NCBI GenBank assembly: GCA_963802945.1 | Contig: CAWDKY010000015.1 | Span: 256,001 to 320,000, forward strand | Direction: 5' to 3' | Length of the DNA stretch: 64,000 bases | From: an uncultured delta proteobacterium | GTDB taxonomy: Bacteria > Desulfobacterota > RBG-13-43-22 | Shown: piece after piece, positions 30,321 to 40,595 of the stretch | How positions within the stretch are numbered: the first letter of the stretch is position 1 | Layout of the letters: every line of letters begins with the position of its first letter | Notes under the pieces: generated by a model | What the model was told of the DNA's origin: nothing | Database searches by the model: none | What the model saw: the letters and a program-made list of their open reading frames with translations, nothing else | Translations under genes and position numbers: made by a program

Positions 30321-30833
30321 TCAAGACTTTTTCATTATTCGGTTAGCAGGATAAAACCAATTTAAATGACAAATTCCCGCGGCTAAGGCATCGGAAACAT
30401 CTTGATTTTGGATGGATGGGATCCCCAACAAGACCTTGACCATCTCCTGGACTTGCTTTTTCTCGGCCCGCCCGTATCCGGTGACCGCCTGTTTGATCTC
30501 CAGGGGGCTGTATTCAAAAATCTCCAACCCCGACTCTATCGCACTTAGCAGAACCACACCGCGAACATGGCCCAGGGTCAGGGCGCTCTGGACGTTCTTG
30601 GCAAAAAAGACCTTTTCTACCGCCAGATCGGTGGGCCGGTATTCTTCAATGACCTGTTTCAGGGTTTGATGCAAAAGCTTGAGCCGCAAAGAAAGTGAAG
30701 GGGAAGGGGTCAGGCGGACAAAACCGCTGTGTATATGACTGATCCTTGCCCCGTTTTTCTCTAAAATCCCAAATCCAGTTATTTGAGACCCCGGATCAAT
30801 CCCCAGGGTGCGGCCGGGCTGCCGATAGGCCAT
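30321..30833 (-). CDS. ruvC: Crossover junction endodeoxyribonuclease RuvC
   Basis: LGIDPG, AVEKVFF, IKQAVTGYGRAEK.QV, DVSDALA. Confidence 0.95.
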   Translation of the reverse strand: MAYRQPGRTLGIDPGSQITGFGILEKNGARISHIHSGFVRLTPSPSLSLRLKLLHQTLKQVIEEYRPTDLAVEKVFFAKNVQSALTLGHVRGVVLLSAIESGLEIFEYSPLEIKQAVTGYGRAEKKQVQEMVKVLLGIPSIQNQDVSDALAAGICHLNWFYPANRIMKKS

Positions 30834-30836
30834 TCC

Positions 30837-31583
30837 TTAACCCAGGGCCTCCATGACCTTATCCGGGATGTCGAAGTTGGCATAGACGTTCTGGACATCC
30901 TCATTTTCCTCCAGGGCTTCCATCATGCGGAGCATTTGCTCAGCGTTTTTTCCTTCGAGGGTAACCGTATTTTTCGGAAGCATGGTCAATTCCGCCACCT
31001 GCGGGATCCATTTTTTTTCCTCCAGGGCGGCCCGGATCTTTTCCAGGTTTTCCAGAGAGGTAATCACCTCCCATTCGTTTTCCTGTTCCCTAATATCATC
31101 TACGCCAGCCTCCAATCCCCACTCCATCAAGGCCCCTTCATCGATTTTGTTCTTTTCAAAGACAAGATACCCCTTCTTTTCAAACATCCAGGCCACACAT
31201 CCGGTCTCCCCCATGCTGCCCCCGTTCTTGGTAAAGATATGCCGGATGTCGGCGACGGTCCGATTTTTATTGTCAGTCAACACCTGGGCCAATATAGCCA
31301 CACCTCCCGGACCGTAACCTTCGTAAAAAATCTCTTCATAGGCTGCCCCATCCTGCCCCCCGGTCCCTTTTTTAATGGCCCGGTCAATATTATCCTTGGG
31401 CATGTTTTCACTCTTGGCCAGGGCAATCGCTGCCCGCAACCTTGGATTTCCCTCCGGGTCTCCTCCACCTGTTCGAGCAGCCACAGTAATCTCTTTGATG
31501 ACTTTTGAGAAGATCTTCCCCCGTTTGGCATCGGCTGCGCCTTTTTTTCGTTTTATGGTACTCCACTTGGAATGCCCGGACAT
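30837..31583 (-). CDS. yebC: YebC/PmpR family protein
   Basis: [29 protein letters not shown]. Confidence 0.96.
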   Translation of the reverse strand: MSGHSKWSTIKRKKGAADAKRGKIFSKVIKEITVAARTGGGDPEGNPRLRAAIALAKSENMPKDNIDRAIKKGTGGQDGAAYEEIFYEGYGPGGVAILAQVLTDNKNRTVADIRHIFTKNGGSMGETGCVAWMFEKKGYLVFEKNKIDEGALMEWGLEAGVDDIREQENEWEVITSLENLEKIRAALEEKKWIPQVAELTMLPKNTVTLEGKNAEQMLRMMEALEENEDVQNVYANFDIPDKVMEALG

Positions 31584-31697
31584 ACCTTCCTCCTTATATC
31601 TTTTGTTAATCCCGTATTAAGCCTCAGGCCCGTCTGGTCTCGTCAAAATAAAAACTAATCAAAGGATTCAATCCCGCCAGAAGCGGGACTAGAATCC

Positions 31698-32303
31698 TCA
31701 AACCCTATTTTTTTTAAACCCTTGACCGACCAGATAGATCTCAGAGCTTTCCCGGCGCGAGCTTCCGGGTTTATGAATATGTACCTGCTTAAAACGACCA
31801 TTCATTTTTTTTATAAAATCCTTAGTCCCTTCCCCATCGAAAATCTTCAAGACCACAGCCCCTTCTTTTTTTAGAATAAGAAAAACGAGTTCAAGGGCCC
31901 TGAGATTTAAATCCAGAGAGCGCTGGTGATCCAGCCATTTTATACCGCTTGTTTTGGGGGAGAGGTCGCTTAAAACCAGTTCCACCTGACCGGCCCATTC
32001 TTTGACGGTTTCATCCGGGACCGTTGTTAGGTCGGCTTTAAAAAAAAAAGTGTTTGGGGACAAGCGAATGGTCGGATTTTTTAAGTCTATCCCCAATACC
32101 TGACCTTCAGGCCCCACGGTCTGAGAACAAAACTTGAGCCAGGAACCGGGATGACAACCTAAATCGATGATGCGCTGCCCTGGTCGAATCAGTTTAAACT
32201 CATCTTGGATCTCTTTTAATTTGTAAACCGACCGGGCGGGATATCCCTCTTCCTTGGCTTTGACCCTGAATGGGTCTTTTTGACCAGGATGGGCCATGTC
32301 CAT
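31698..32303 (-). CDS. rlmE: 23S rRNA Um2552 methyltransferase
   Basis: GYPARSVYKL, DLGCHPGSW, LSDLSPKTSG, SRRESSE.Y. Confidence 0.9.
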   Translation of the reverse strand: MDMAHPGQKDPFRVKAKEEGYPARSVYKLKEIQDEFKLIRPGQRIIDLGCHPGSWLKFCSQTVGPEGQVLGIDLKNPTIRLSPNTFFFKADLTTVPDETVKEWAGQVELVLSDLSPKTSGIKWLDHQRSLDLNLRALELVFLILKKEGAVVLKIFDGEGTKDFIKKMNGRFKQVHIHKPGSSRRESSEIYLVGQGFKKNRV

Positions 32304-32434
32304 AAATTCCAAAAACCAGGATATCTTTGAAAAACTCGTCAAGAATAAGACTCATTCTAATCACAAGTTTTTCTCTTTTGCAATCAGAAAAAATTCCGTA
32401 GAATATAATTGGAGGTAGAAAAAGGGGGAAAGAC

Positions 32435-32620
32435 TTAAGAGGTTTTCTTTTGCCAGTATTCCCTGAATTCATGGGCATACTTTTGAACCCAATCCCAAAC
32501 CGCTTTGTCACCCAGGTCGTATCCGGCCTTTTCCGATTCAATCCATTTGTGTTTTAAAATCTCTACCAATTCTTCACGTAAGATATCAACTTGATTCATT
32601 TTTTTATCTTCATCCTTCAT
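32435..32620 (-). CDS. Small DUF4032-like protein
   Basis: EILKHKWIESEKAGYDLG..AVWDWV..Y motif. Confidence 0.7.
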   Translation of the reverse strand: MKDEDKKMNQVDILREELVEILKHKWIESEKAGYDLGDKAVWDWVQKYAHEFREYWQKKTS

Positions 32621-32630
32621 GTGCGCTGTT

Positions 32631-33323
32631 TTATAAAAGATTATTTTCCAAAAAACTGAAGTGGCCTTCCCGCCCAATAATTAAATGATCGTGGACCTTA
32701 ATCTGAAAATTATTGGCAGCGCGGGCTAACGTACGGGTTAGTTCCCGATCCTCCGGAGAAGGACGGGGGGAGCCTCCGGGATGGTTGTGGACCAGAATCA
32801 GGGCCGTTGCTTTCAACCGTATAGCACTCTCCATGACCTTTCGGGGATAGACAACGGTTTGATCCACCGTTCCCTCTTGTAAAACTTCTTCTTCAATAAC
32901 TTGATTTCGGGTATTCAGGTAGATCATCCGAAACTGTTCGTCCTTCAGCCATCCCATCTTAGACTGACAATAGGTTATCAGATCTCCGGGAGAGGTGATA
33001 ACATTTTGAGAATTAAGGAAACGATCGCGAAGATACCGCTCTGAGGCGGCTTTAACTAATTTAAAGAGTAAGGCGCTATGCTTCCCTACTCCTTTGACTT
33101 CCTTTAATTCTTCCAGAGGGGCCTCTACGATCCCTCGTAACGAACCAAACCTCTTTATTAAATCCTTGGCCAGGGGTTTGGTATCCTTCCTGGCTTGGGC
33201 ATAGTTCAAAATAAATTCCACTACTTCGTAATCTTGAAATGAATCCAACCCCGCCCGCAGAAAGCGGTCTTTTACTCGCCTTCGATGACCCACATAATGG
33301 GGAACTTCTTCACCCTGAGGAAT
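32631..33323 (-). CDS. radC: RadC/JAB-domain protein; likely ATT start
   Basis: PHYVGHRRR, DTKPLAK.LI.RFG, GTVDQTVVYPR, HNHPGG.P.PS.ED, HDHLII. Confidence 0.92.
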   Translation of the reverse strand: MPQGEEVPHYVGHRRRVKDRFLRAGLDSFQDYEVVEFILNYAQARKDTKPLAKDLIKRFGSLRGIVEAPLEELKEVKGVGKHSALLFKLVKAASERYLRDRFLNSQNVITSPGDLITYCQSKMGWLKDEQFRMIYLNTRNQVIEEEVLQEGTVDQTVVYPRKVMESAIRLKATALILVHNHPGGSPRPSPEDRELTRTLARAANNFQIKVHDHLIIGREGHFSFLENNLL

Positions 33324-33675
33324 AAAAAACCCTCCTTGGCATGAAGTGCTATGCCCAAAGACTTAAGTTAATAAAAAGCGCTGCCGCAATCCAAGGTCTT
33401 ATAAAGTCTATTATTTTATCATAGCTGTTTTAAAAAAAACAATTATTTTTTTAGCGACACCAGACCTCTTTTTTCGTTCTAAACCCTCACACCCCAGAGG
33501 TGCACCAGGAAACATGAAAATTATTCTAAGGATTCAAGTCCCACCATCGGCGGGATCGAACTCTATTTTCGTGTTAACTTACTAAAGAGGTTAACCATCC
33601 ATTACCAAAATCCTTGTTTCCTTTTAAATACTTTGGTATATTTAATTATCTCGTAAACGGCAATCAGGGGGACTT

Positions 33676-34371
33676 ATGAAAGCTTCAAAAAAAGGAAAAG
33701 GTGCAGGCGGCCGGATAGAAACCTTGAAAGATTATGCCCACACAGCCGAGTCGGATTTCTTAGAGGGTATTTCCCGTATGGCCGCTCATGAGGAAGAGGC
33801 TTCCATGTCTCTTTCGGTGGGGGCTAGGATCAAAGCCGTCCGGGAAACAAAAGCCCTTTCTCTTAAAGATATTGCCCAGAGAACCGGTTTCCTGGAATCG
33901 ACCATCGCCCAAATTGAAACCGGCGAGATTCTGCCTCCCTTAGGGGATATGGTCAAATTGGCCAGAGCTTTGGAAATGAAAATGGGTTATTTGTTGGTCC
34001 AAGGCGAGTCCAAGCCCTATACCGTGGTCCATAAGAAAAATCGTAAAACGGTCTCCAGGTACGGTTTCCAGAAAACCCAGCGTTATGGATATACCTATGA
34101 AACCCTGGCCCCGGAAAAGAAGGATCGAAACATGGAGCCTTTTCTGGTCACTTTGGAGCCGACTTCCCAGGATGAACCAACTTCTACTCATGATGGGGAG
34201 GAATTTATTTTTGTGCTGGAAGGGGAGGTTGAGGTTGTCTTGGGGGAAAAAAGAGAAGTTCTTGCTCCGGAAGATTCCATTTACTACGATTCCACCGTGG
34301 CTCACCGGGTGCGGGCCCTGGGAGATCGAATGGCCAGGATAGTGGCTGTGCTTTACACCCAGGCAAAGTAG
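33676..34371 (+). CDS. XRE HTH + cupin regulator
   Basis: VGARIKAVRE..LSLKDIAQRTG; MEPFLVTL..HDGEEFIFVLEG..SIYYDSTVAH. Confidence 0.88.
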   Translation: MKASKKGKGAGGRIETLKDYAHTAESDFLEGISRMAAHEEEASMSLSVGARIKAVRETKALSLKDIAQRTGFLESTIAQIETGEILPPLGDMVKLARALEMKMGYLLVQGESKPYTVVHKKNRKTVSRYGFQKTQRYGYTYETLAPEKKDRNMEPFLVTLEPTSQDEPTSTHDGEEFIFVLEGEVEVVLGEKREVLAPEDSIYYDSTVAHRVRALGDRMARIVAVLYTQAK

Positions 34372-34526
34372 CGGAAAAAAGTCAAGGTCCAGGAAGGCCA
34401 CGGGAACCTTTGGGAAATCATCCTGGGGTAGAATTTTCCCTCCCCTTAGACCTTTATCAATAGCCGTAGATTTCCTTTAAAATAAAATATTAAAAAATCT
34501 CTTGACTGAAGAAGGAGGCCGAGATT

Positions 34527-34559
34527 ATAGTAGCACTTATTTTTTAAAGGTGCTACTAT
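34527..34559. promoter_or_regulatory. NikR operator 1 (autoregulatory)
   Basis: Perfect inverted repeat ATAGTAGCAC-N13-GTGCTACTAT overlapping -10 (TATAGT) and nikR ATG; TTGACT at 34502. Confidence 0.8.
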
Positions 34560-34974
34560 GGGAGTATTCAGGTTCGGCATATCACTTGAGAAAGCTTTGA
34601 TTGAGAGATTTGATCTTCTCATAAAGAAGAAAGGTTATGCCAACCGGAGCGAGGCGATCAGGGACCTAATCAGAGACAGTCTTGTTACTGAGGAATGGGA
34701 ATCGTTAAACACCGAAACCGCCGGAACCATAACCCTTGTTTATTCTCATGAGACCAGAGAGCTCACAGATAACCTTACCGAATTGCAGCATCATTACCAT
34801 AATTCGATCATCTCGGCAATGCATATACATCTCGACGAGCATAACTGCCTTGAGGTCGTTGTGGTGAAAGGCAAGGCCAAGGATATCAAGAAAATCGCCG
34901 ACAGGCTGATCGGGACAAAAGGAGTGAAACACGGAAAGCTCACGGTGACAACGACCGGTAAGTACTTAAAATAA
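34558..34974 (+). CDS. nikR: Nickel-responsive regulator
   Basis: [35 protein letters not shown]. Confidence 0.96.
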   Translation: MGVFRFGISLEKALIERFDLLIKKKGYANRSEAIRDLIRDSLVTEEWESLNTETAGTITLVYSHETRELTDNLTELQHHYHNSIISAMHIHLDEHNCLEVVVVKGKAKDIKKIADRLIGTKGVKHGKLTVTTTGKYLK

Positions 34975-34990
34975 TTTTTTTTCTTCTTTA

Positions 34991-35017
34991 GTGGCACGAT
35001 TATGATAATGGTAACAC
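34991..35017. promoter_or_regulatory. NikR operator 2
   Basis: GTGGCAC-N13-GTAACAC, same half-site spacing as operator 1, just upstream of the transport genes. Confidence 0.65.
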
Positions 35018-35032
35018 CGCAAAGAAGGACAA

Positions 35033-35802
35033 GTGAGTTCGTATGAAAAATCTATTGCGCTGATGTTTTCTGTATTTATGATTTTGGTTTATTGTTCCAA
35101 GTCGTTTGCCGCCATTCCTCTCATCACTGATGATACGGGGACACAGGACAAGGGAAAGTTTCAATTGGAATTCTTAGGAGAATACGCCCATGACCGGGAA
35201 GAAATCGTCAATAATAAAGGGGCCTTTTCGTCCACTTTGACTTACGGGATTGCTGACCCGGTTGACATCGCTATCTCCATACCCTATCAGTTTTGGCGTT
35301 CGTCCGATTCAGGTTTGGAGTCGACAGGGAGCGGCCTTTCTGGTCTGGCGATCGAAATAAAGTGACGGTTTTATGAGAAGGAAGGATTAAGCCTTGCATT
35401 GGAGCCGGGCTTCACCATCCCCATGGGGGATGACAAAAAAGATCTCGGCGCAGGGATGATGCCTTATTATCTTTATTTTATAACTTCGAAAGAGATGGAT
35501 CCATGGTCTTTTCACCTTAATCTCGTCTATATCAGGAATAATAACACAGAGGATGATCGTACGGACCTATGGCATGCTTCTTTTGCTTCAACCGTAGATG
35601 TGCTAAAGAAACTGAAGCTTGTGGCCGATATCGGTGTGGAGTCCAACCCCGATCAGTCATCGAGCAACCCCCCGGCCTATATTCTTGGCGGGCTGATCTG
35701 GTCACCCAAAGAGAATCTCGATATTGCCTGGGTGTCAAGGGCGGATTAACCTATTACGAAACGGATATCGCCATACGTGGCAGCATAACCTGGAGGTTCT
35801 AA
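35033..35802 (+). pseudogene. Outer-membrane transporter (MetA/SphA-like beta-barrel), TGA at 35363 and a frameshift near 35725
   Basis: Signal peptide, PLITDDTGTQ.KGKFQLE, EIK*RFYEK, C-terminal ITWRF in another frame. Confidence 0.7.
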
Positions 35803-36489
35803 ATGCATATACCTGACGGCTACCTGAGTCCTCAAACCTATGTACCCCTCTACGGGGCGTCTTTCGTCTTCTGGTCTATCGCCCTTAGGAAGATGAAGAA
35901 AGAGCTTTCTATTAAACATATCCCCTATCTGGCTATGTCGGCGGCTTTTTCCTTTCTCATCATGATGTTTAATGTGCCTATTCCGGGAGGCACCACGGGC
36001 CATGCGGTCGGCGCCGGGATTATCGCCATTCTGCTTGGGCCGTGGACGGCAGTTATAGCCGTGTCCGTCAGCCTGATCATTCAGGCGATAGTTTTTGGCG
36101 ACGGCGGAATAACCACGATAGGTGCAAACTGTTTCAATATGGCGGTGGTGATGCCCTTCGTCTCTTATTGGATATTCAGACTTATAAGAGGAAATGCCAA
36201 TGGCGGAGTGAGATTATCCATCGCAGCCTTTCTCTCCGGTTATGTCGGTCTTTCTGTTGCCGCGGCCTTCACCGGAATTGAATTCGGGATCCAGCCTATG
36301 CTGGCGATCGGACCTGGCGGAAGACCTCTCTATGCGCCTTACCCGTTGTCTGTGGCTCTGCCGGCCATGGTATTGGAGCATATGCTGTTATTCAGCATTG
36401 TTGAGGGAATAGTCACCGTATTGTTATTCAGGTATTTTGCTAAGCACGAGCCCGATTTGATCTATGCCTTGAGGGCAAAGGAGGCATGA
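35803..36489 (+). CDS. cbiM: Ni/Co ECF substrate-binding component CbiM/NikM
   Basis: MHIPDGYL N-terminus, PGGTTGHAVG, GDGGIT. Confidence 0.93.
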   Translation: MHIPDGYLSPQTYVPLYGASFVFWSIALRKMKKELSIKHIPYLAMSAAFSFLIMMFNVPIPGGTTGHAVGAGIIAILLGPWTAVIAVSVSLIIQAIVFGDGGITTIGANCFNMAVVMPFVSYWIFRLIRGNANGGVRLSIAAFLSGYVGLSVAAAFTGIEFGIQPMLAIGPGGRPLYAPYPLSVALPAMVLEHMLLFSIVEGIVTVLLFRYFAKHEPDLIYALRAKEA

Positions 36490-36490
36490 A

Positions 36491-36826
36491 ATGACAAAAC
36501 TTCATAAGAAACTCTGGATAGGCCTGCTCATTCTGACACTACTTACCCCGTTGGGGGTCATCCTCCCCGAAAAATTCAAAGCCGAGGGAGCATGGGGTGA
36601 ATGGGGCCCGGAAGAACTCCAGAAACTTATTGGTTATGTGCCGGAAGGATTAAAGAGATTGGCCGATCTCTGGAAAGCCCCGGTCCCCGACTATAACTTC
36701 GGTGGAGAAGGGGCTTCCCTGACCGTTCAGGTTCTCTCCTATATCGTTTCAGGACTTATCGGAATCCTGGCCATCGGTCTTGTTATCTACGTAATTTCAA
36801 AGGTTATCGTGAGGAATGGAAAATAA
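36491..36826 (+). CDS. PDGLE-domain ECF accessory protein (NikN-like)
   Basis: Two TM helices, AWGEWG, APVPDY. Confidence 0.8.
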   Translation: MTKLHKKLWIGLLILTLLTPLGVILPEKFKAEGAWGEWGPEELQKLIGYVPEGLKRLADLWKAPVPDYNFGGEGASLTVQVLSYIVSGLIGILAIGLVIYVISKVIVRNGK

Positions 36827-37742
36827 AGTCCCCTCATTCCTGCTGGAAAGGCCATCCTCTAATTCTTTTATTCGGGGGAAGGGCTCACTGAAAAGTTCTT
36901 TTATCGACAAGGGCATTCATCAGCTGGCAGAGGTCGTCAAGACCGTGTATGTCCAGGGAGAAATGGTATCGAGCGATAATTTTTTTCAGAAGATCGATGC
37001 CAGGGTAAAAGTCCTCTTCCTCCTTTATTATATAATTATCGTGAGCCTAAAAAAAGACATTCCATCGGAATTTTTGATTGGCGTCTTTGTTTTCATGTTG
37101 ACGTTGCTATCAGGCCTGGATATTTTCAACCTTTATAAGCGCGTCCTCTTCTTTACTTTCCTCTTCGGTTTTTGCATCGCCTTTCCCTCTGCTCTCAGCA
37201 TCATTACCAAAGGCGAAATCGTTCTTCCGATACTGCACTTTACAAAAACCCATCGCTTATGGATATATCAGATACCTGAAGAAATCGGCCTTACCAGGGA
37301 AGGATTGTATGGCGTTCTGATGCTTACCTTGAGGGTTATGAACTCTCTAGCCCTTTCATTCTTTGTATTATATACAACGTCCTTCACCGAGATCATAAAA
37401 GCTCTTAAGGTGTTGAAGGTTCCAGACAGCTTTCTTATGATCTTGACCCTTTCTTATAAGTATGTGTTCATTTTCGCCAATACGATTGAAAATATGCACC
37501 TGGCCAAGAAAAGCAGATTGGCTGGGAAAGTGAGTAATGCAGAAGCCAGGGGATGGATCGCGGGAAGACTGGCCTTCCTGTTCAAAAAGAGTGCGCGGCG
37601 GGGTGAAGATATTTTCAAGGCCATGCTCGGCAGAGGCTATTCGAACCACATAAATATTTACGGGGTCAAGAAGCTCCAGGCACGTGATTGGATTGCGGGG
37701 GCTGTCCTTTTTCTGGTTGGGGTTCTATTTCTATGGATGTGA
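36816..37742 (+). CDS. cbiQ: ECF T component CbiQ/NikQ
   Basis: IDARVK, KALK.LKVP, AKKSR, AMLGRGY. Confidence 0.9.
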   Translation: MENKVPSFLLERPSSNSFIRGKGSLKSSFIDKGIHQLAEVVKTVYVQGEMVSSDNFFQKIDARVKVLFLLYYIIIVSLKKDIPSEFLIGVFVFMLTLLSGLDIFNLYKRVLFFTFLFGFCIAFPSALSIITKGEIVLPILHFTKTHRLWIYQIPEEIGLTREGLYGVLMLTLRVMNSLALSFFVLYTTSFTEIIKALKVLKVPDSFLMILTLSYKYVFIFANTIENMHLAKKSRLAGKVSNAEARGWIAGRLAFLFKKSARRGEDIFKAMLGRGYSNHINIYGVKKLQARDWIAGAVLFLVGVLFLWM

Positions 37743-37749
37743 GGTGATT

Positions 37750-38559
37750 GTGAAAGACATTATATGCCTTGAAGGGATAAGTTACAGCTATTACGACAGG
37801 ATTCCGGCCGTATGTGATATCGGTCTTTCAATTGGCGAGGGAGAAAGATTTGCTATTATCGGCGCGAACGGGAGCGGAAAGTCAACCCTTTTGCAGATCA
37901 TGAACGGCCTCATAAATCAATCAAGGGGAAAATATTTTTTCAGAGGAAATGAGGTATCAGAAGAGACATTAAAAAATAAAAGATTTTTGCGGTTTTTCAG
38001 GGAGCGGGTGGGCTATGTTTTCCAGGATTCTGACGTGCAATTGTTCTGTCCGACCGTTCTGGATGAGCTTCTTTATGGTCCTCTCCAGTTGGGAATCGAA
38101 GAAAAAGAGGCAGTGAATAGGGCTTTCGAGGTGATGCAGATTCTGAACATCGAGAATCTGAAGGACAGGCCTTCCTACATGCTTTCCGGGGGGGAGAAAA
38201 AAAGGGTCACCATTGGTTCGATTCTCACGATGAATCCGGAGATATTGCTTCTTGATGAGCCGACAACCGGCCTTGACCCGAGGACTCAGGTTTTTCTCGT
38301 CGAGTTGATGCTGGCCCTAAGCGATGCCGGTAAGACTCTGGTGATGGCCACACATGACCTTTCATTGGTCGATGAATTGCATATGCAGGTCGCCCTTCTG
38401 TCTGAAGAACACAGGATGGTGAAGATCGGCTCTTCTGACGAAATACTGAAAGATGAAGATTTACTGCTAAATGCAAACCTCATTCACGAACATGTTCACT
38501 ATCATGGTCAAGCAATCCATAAACACAGACATTCTCATTTCTTATTTCACAAGCATTGA
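37750..38559 (+). CDS. cbiO: ECF ATPase CbiO/NikO with His-rich tail
   Basis: GANGSGKST, LSGGEKKR, LLDEPT, HEHVHYH..HKHRHSH. Confidence 0.92.
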   Translation: MKDIICLEGISYSYYDRIPAVCDIGLSIGEGERFAIIGANGSGKSTLLQIMNGLINQSRGKYFFRGNEVSEETLKNKRFLRFFRERVGYVFQDSDVQLFCPTVLDELLYGPLQLGIEEKEAVNRAFEVMQILNIENLKDRPSYMLSGGEKKRVTIGSILTMNPEILLLDEPTTGLDPRTQVFLVELMLALSDAGKTLVMATHDLSLVDELHMQVALLSEEHRMVKIGSSDEILKDEDLLLNANLIHEHVHYHGQAIHKHRHSHFLFHKH

Positions 38560-38971
38560 GAAAGGAATTTCGCCTTCCGCACCTCTCTTTTGGGAAATGG
38601 GATTTATCCCTTCTTCCTGCTTCCACAAACAAAAATATCGATTACGGTTCGAACTCTTTTGATTTTTTCAAAATGAAACGATGCCAAGAAAATTATGGGT
38701 TCAGGGTGGAAGCTATTCAATCTGTACTGTTTTTTTCTCCTCGCTCTTCAAGAATAAATTGGGTCCGGGTTCCAATCTTTCCGGGGCCAGAAAATAGGAG
38801 CCGAACTCGATTTTATCAATTATTTCTGGCTTCCGCCCTGCCCTTTTCATTTCGAACCTTCTCCCTAATAATTTTTCATTTTTCTCCTTTTCATTTTTCT
38901 CCTTTACTCTGACTATCTCTTGTGTTATATAAATTCATTTACTCATTTTCGAGGAGTCATTTAATTTCATT

Positions 38972-40033
38972 ATGCCGAATTCGATAATCACCGGGACGGG
39001 CAGTTATATTCCGACTCGAAATATTGAAAATACTTATTTCCTGGACCATGAATTCCTGGGGGCCGACGGGAAAAAGAATCCAAAATCCAATGCGGATATT
39101 GTCCAAAAATTCAAGGAAATTACTTGTATCAATGAAAGAAGATATGTGACCGATGAACTTAACACATCGGATATAGCCTCCATGGCCGCCGAACGGGCGC
39201 TGGAAGGTAGGGACCGGGAAAGTCTGGATTACATCATCGTCGGGCATAATTTTGGCGAGTTGAGGTCCGATAACCCCAGATGCGATATGGTCCCTTCGAT
39301 CGCTGCCAGGGTAAAGCATAACCTGAGGATAAAGAATCCTTATACTGTGGTCTACGATATCCTCTTCGGCTGTCCCGGCTGGCTGCAAGGGATGATCCAG
39401 TCCGATTATTATATCAAATCGGGTGAGGCTAAAAAGATACTGGTGATTGGAGCGGAGACCCTGTCAAGGATTTCAGATCCCCACGACATAGACAGTATGA
39501 TCTATTCCGATGGGGCCGGTGCCGTCTTGGTTGAAGCCACCAATCAAGAGGTGGGCATTATTTCCCATATCACCCGTTCCGACACTTTTAACGAAGCTTA
39601 TCTTTTGCGGCTTGGGCAAGCCTATGGACCTGATTCTTACGGCGGCCGGCTGTTTCTCAAGATGGACGGTCACGAGATCTTTAAATATGCCGTCCGAACC
39701 GTGGCCGAAGTCGTAAAACAAAGTCTTGATAAAGCCGGCCTTTCCTTGTCCGACGTTAAGAAGGTTTTGATTCACCAGGCCAACCAGAAGATGGATGAAG
39801 CGATTTTAAAAAGACTATTTAACTTATATCAAACAGAAAAAAAACTGGAAGACTTAATGCCCATGACGATTTCCTGGCTGGGTAACAGCTCGGTGGCTAC
39901 TTTGCCCACCCTGTTTGATCTTTTGCAGAGAGGAACGCTGAACAACCACATACTTCATTCTGGAGACATTGCTGTTTTTTCATCGGTAGGCGCGGGTATG
40001 AACAGTAATGCTATGGTCTACAAAATGCCTTAA
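38972..40033 (+). CDS. fabH: 3-oxoacyl-ACP synthase III family
   Basis: ITGTGSYIP, FGCPGW (Cys), IHQAN (His), LGNSSVAT (Asn). Confidence 0.88.
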   Translation: MPNSIITGTGSYIPTRNIENTYFLDHEFLGADGKKNPKSNADIVQKFKEITCINERRYVTDELNTSDIASMAAERALEGRDRESLDYIIVGHNFGELRSDNPRCDMVPSIAARVKHNLRIKNPYTVVYDILFGCPGWLQGMIQSDYYIKSGEAKKILVIGAETLSRISDPHDIDSMIYSDGAGAVLVEATNQEVGIISHITRSDTFNEAYLLRLGQAYGPDSYGGRLFLKMDGHEIFKYAVRTVAEVVKQSLDKAGLSLSDVKKVLIHQANQKMDEAILKRLFNLYQTEKKLEDLMPMTISWLGNSSVATLPTLFDLLQRGTLNNHILHSGDIAVFSSVGAGMNSNAMVYKMP

Positions 40034-40052
40034 AGTGAAAAGGAATTAATCA

Positions 40053-40265
40053 ATGACTAATAAATCAAAAGCCACTTTCAGGAAAATGGAAAAGGAAAAG
40101 GCCCGACAGGCCAAGCAAAGAGATAAAGAAGCCCGCCGCCATCAATCCAAAACAACGAACTCCGGCCCATCTCTGAAAACAGGCGATGAAGACCCGGACA
40201 TTGCGGGTATCATTCCGGGTCCTCAACCCTTGCCCGAGCAGTGGGATGATGTGAAGAAAGAATAA
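40053..40265 (+). CDS. Small basic hypothetical protein
   Basis: SD AAGGA; TFRKMEKEKARQAKQRDK basic helix and EDPDIAGIIPGPQP tail. Confidence 0.7.
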   Translation: MTNKSKATFRKMEKEKARQAKQRDKEARRHQSKTTNSGPSLKTGDEDPDIAGIIPGPQPLPEQWDDVKKE

Positions 40266-40276
40266 AGGTATTAATT

Positions 40277-40594
40277 TTATTCGGTTCGGGATATTTCCTC
40301 TTTTTCTTTTTTCATGGCCTCCTTGCCGGCATCAAAGGCGGAGGAAAGCATACCCCTTTTTTGTTCTACAAATTCTTTCCCTTTTTCAATAAAAGTAGCG
40401 GCCTTTTCTTTCCATTCTTCGGACAGGGTACCTGATTTTTCCTTCATATCTTCGGTCAAGTCCTTCAGCTTTCCCCGGGCCTGCGTTCCTTCCCAGGGGG
40501 CATAAAGGATGGCCAGGGCGGCTCCCACCGCTCCGCCTAAGATAAAAGATAGAACTACAGCACTTCCGGCAAAACCTCTGTTTCCTTCTGACAT
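40277..40594 (-). CDS. YtxH-domain protein
   Basis: FILGGAVGAALAILYAP..G...R followed by amphipathic helices. Confidence 0.85.
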   Translation of the reverse strand: MSEGNRGFAGSAVVLSFILGGAVGAALAILYAPWEGTQARGKLKDLTEDMKEKSGTLSEEWKEKAATFIEKGKEFVEQKRGMLSSAFDAGKEAMKKEKEEISRTE

Positions 40595-40595
40595 A

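Noticed and set aside
32435-33323. RadC plus small protein as a defence or mobile module
   Set aside because: Full-length chromosomal-type RadC within a housekeeping run; no E1/E2, nuclease or mobility genes nearby
35363-35365. TGA recoded as Trp or selenocysteine
   Set aside because: Many intact genes here end in TGA and use TGG for Trp; the same gene also has a frameshift; no Cys context
38556-38912. 118-aa Phe-rich ORF
   Set aside because: Arises from a pyrimidine-rich intergenic leader; no SD or motif
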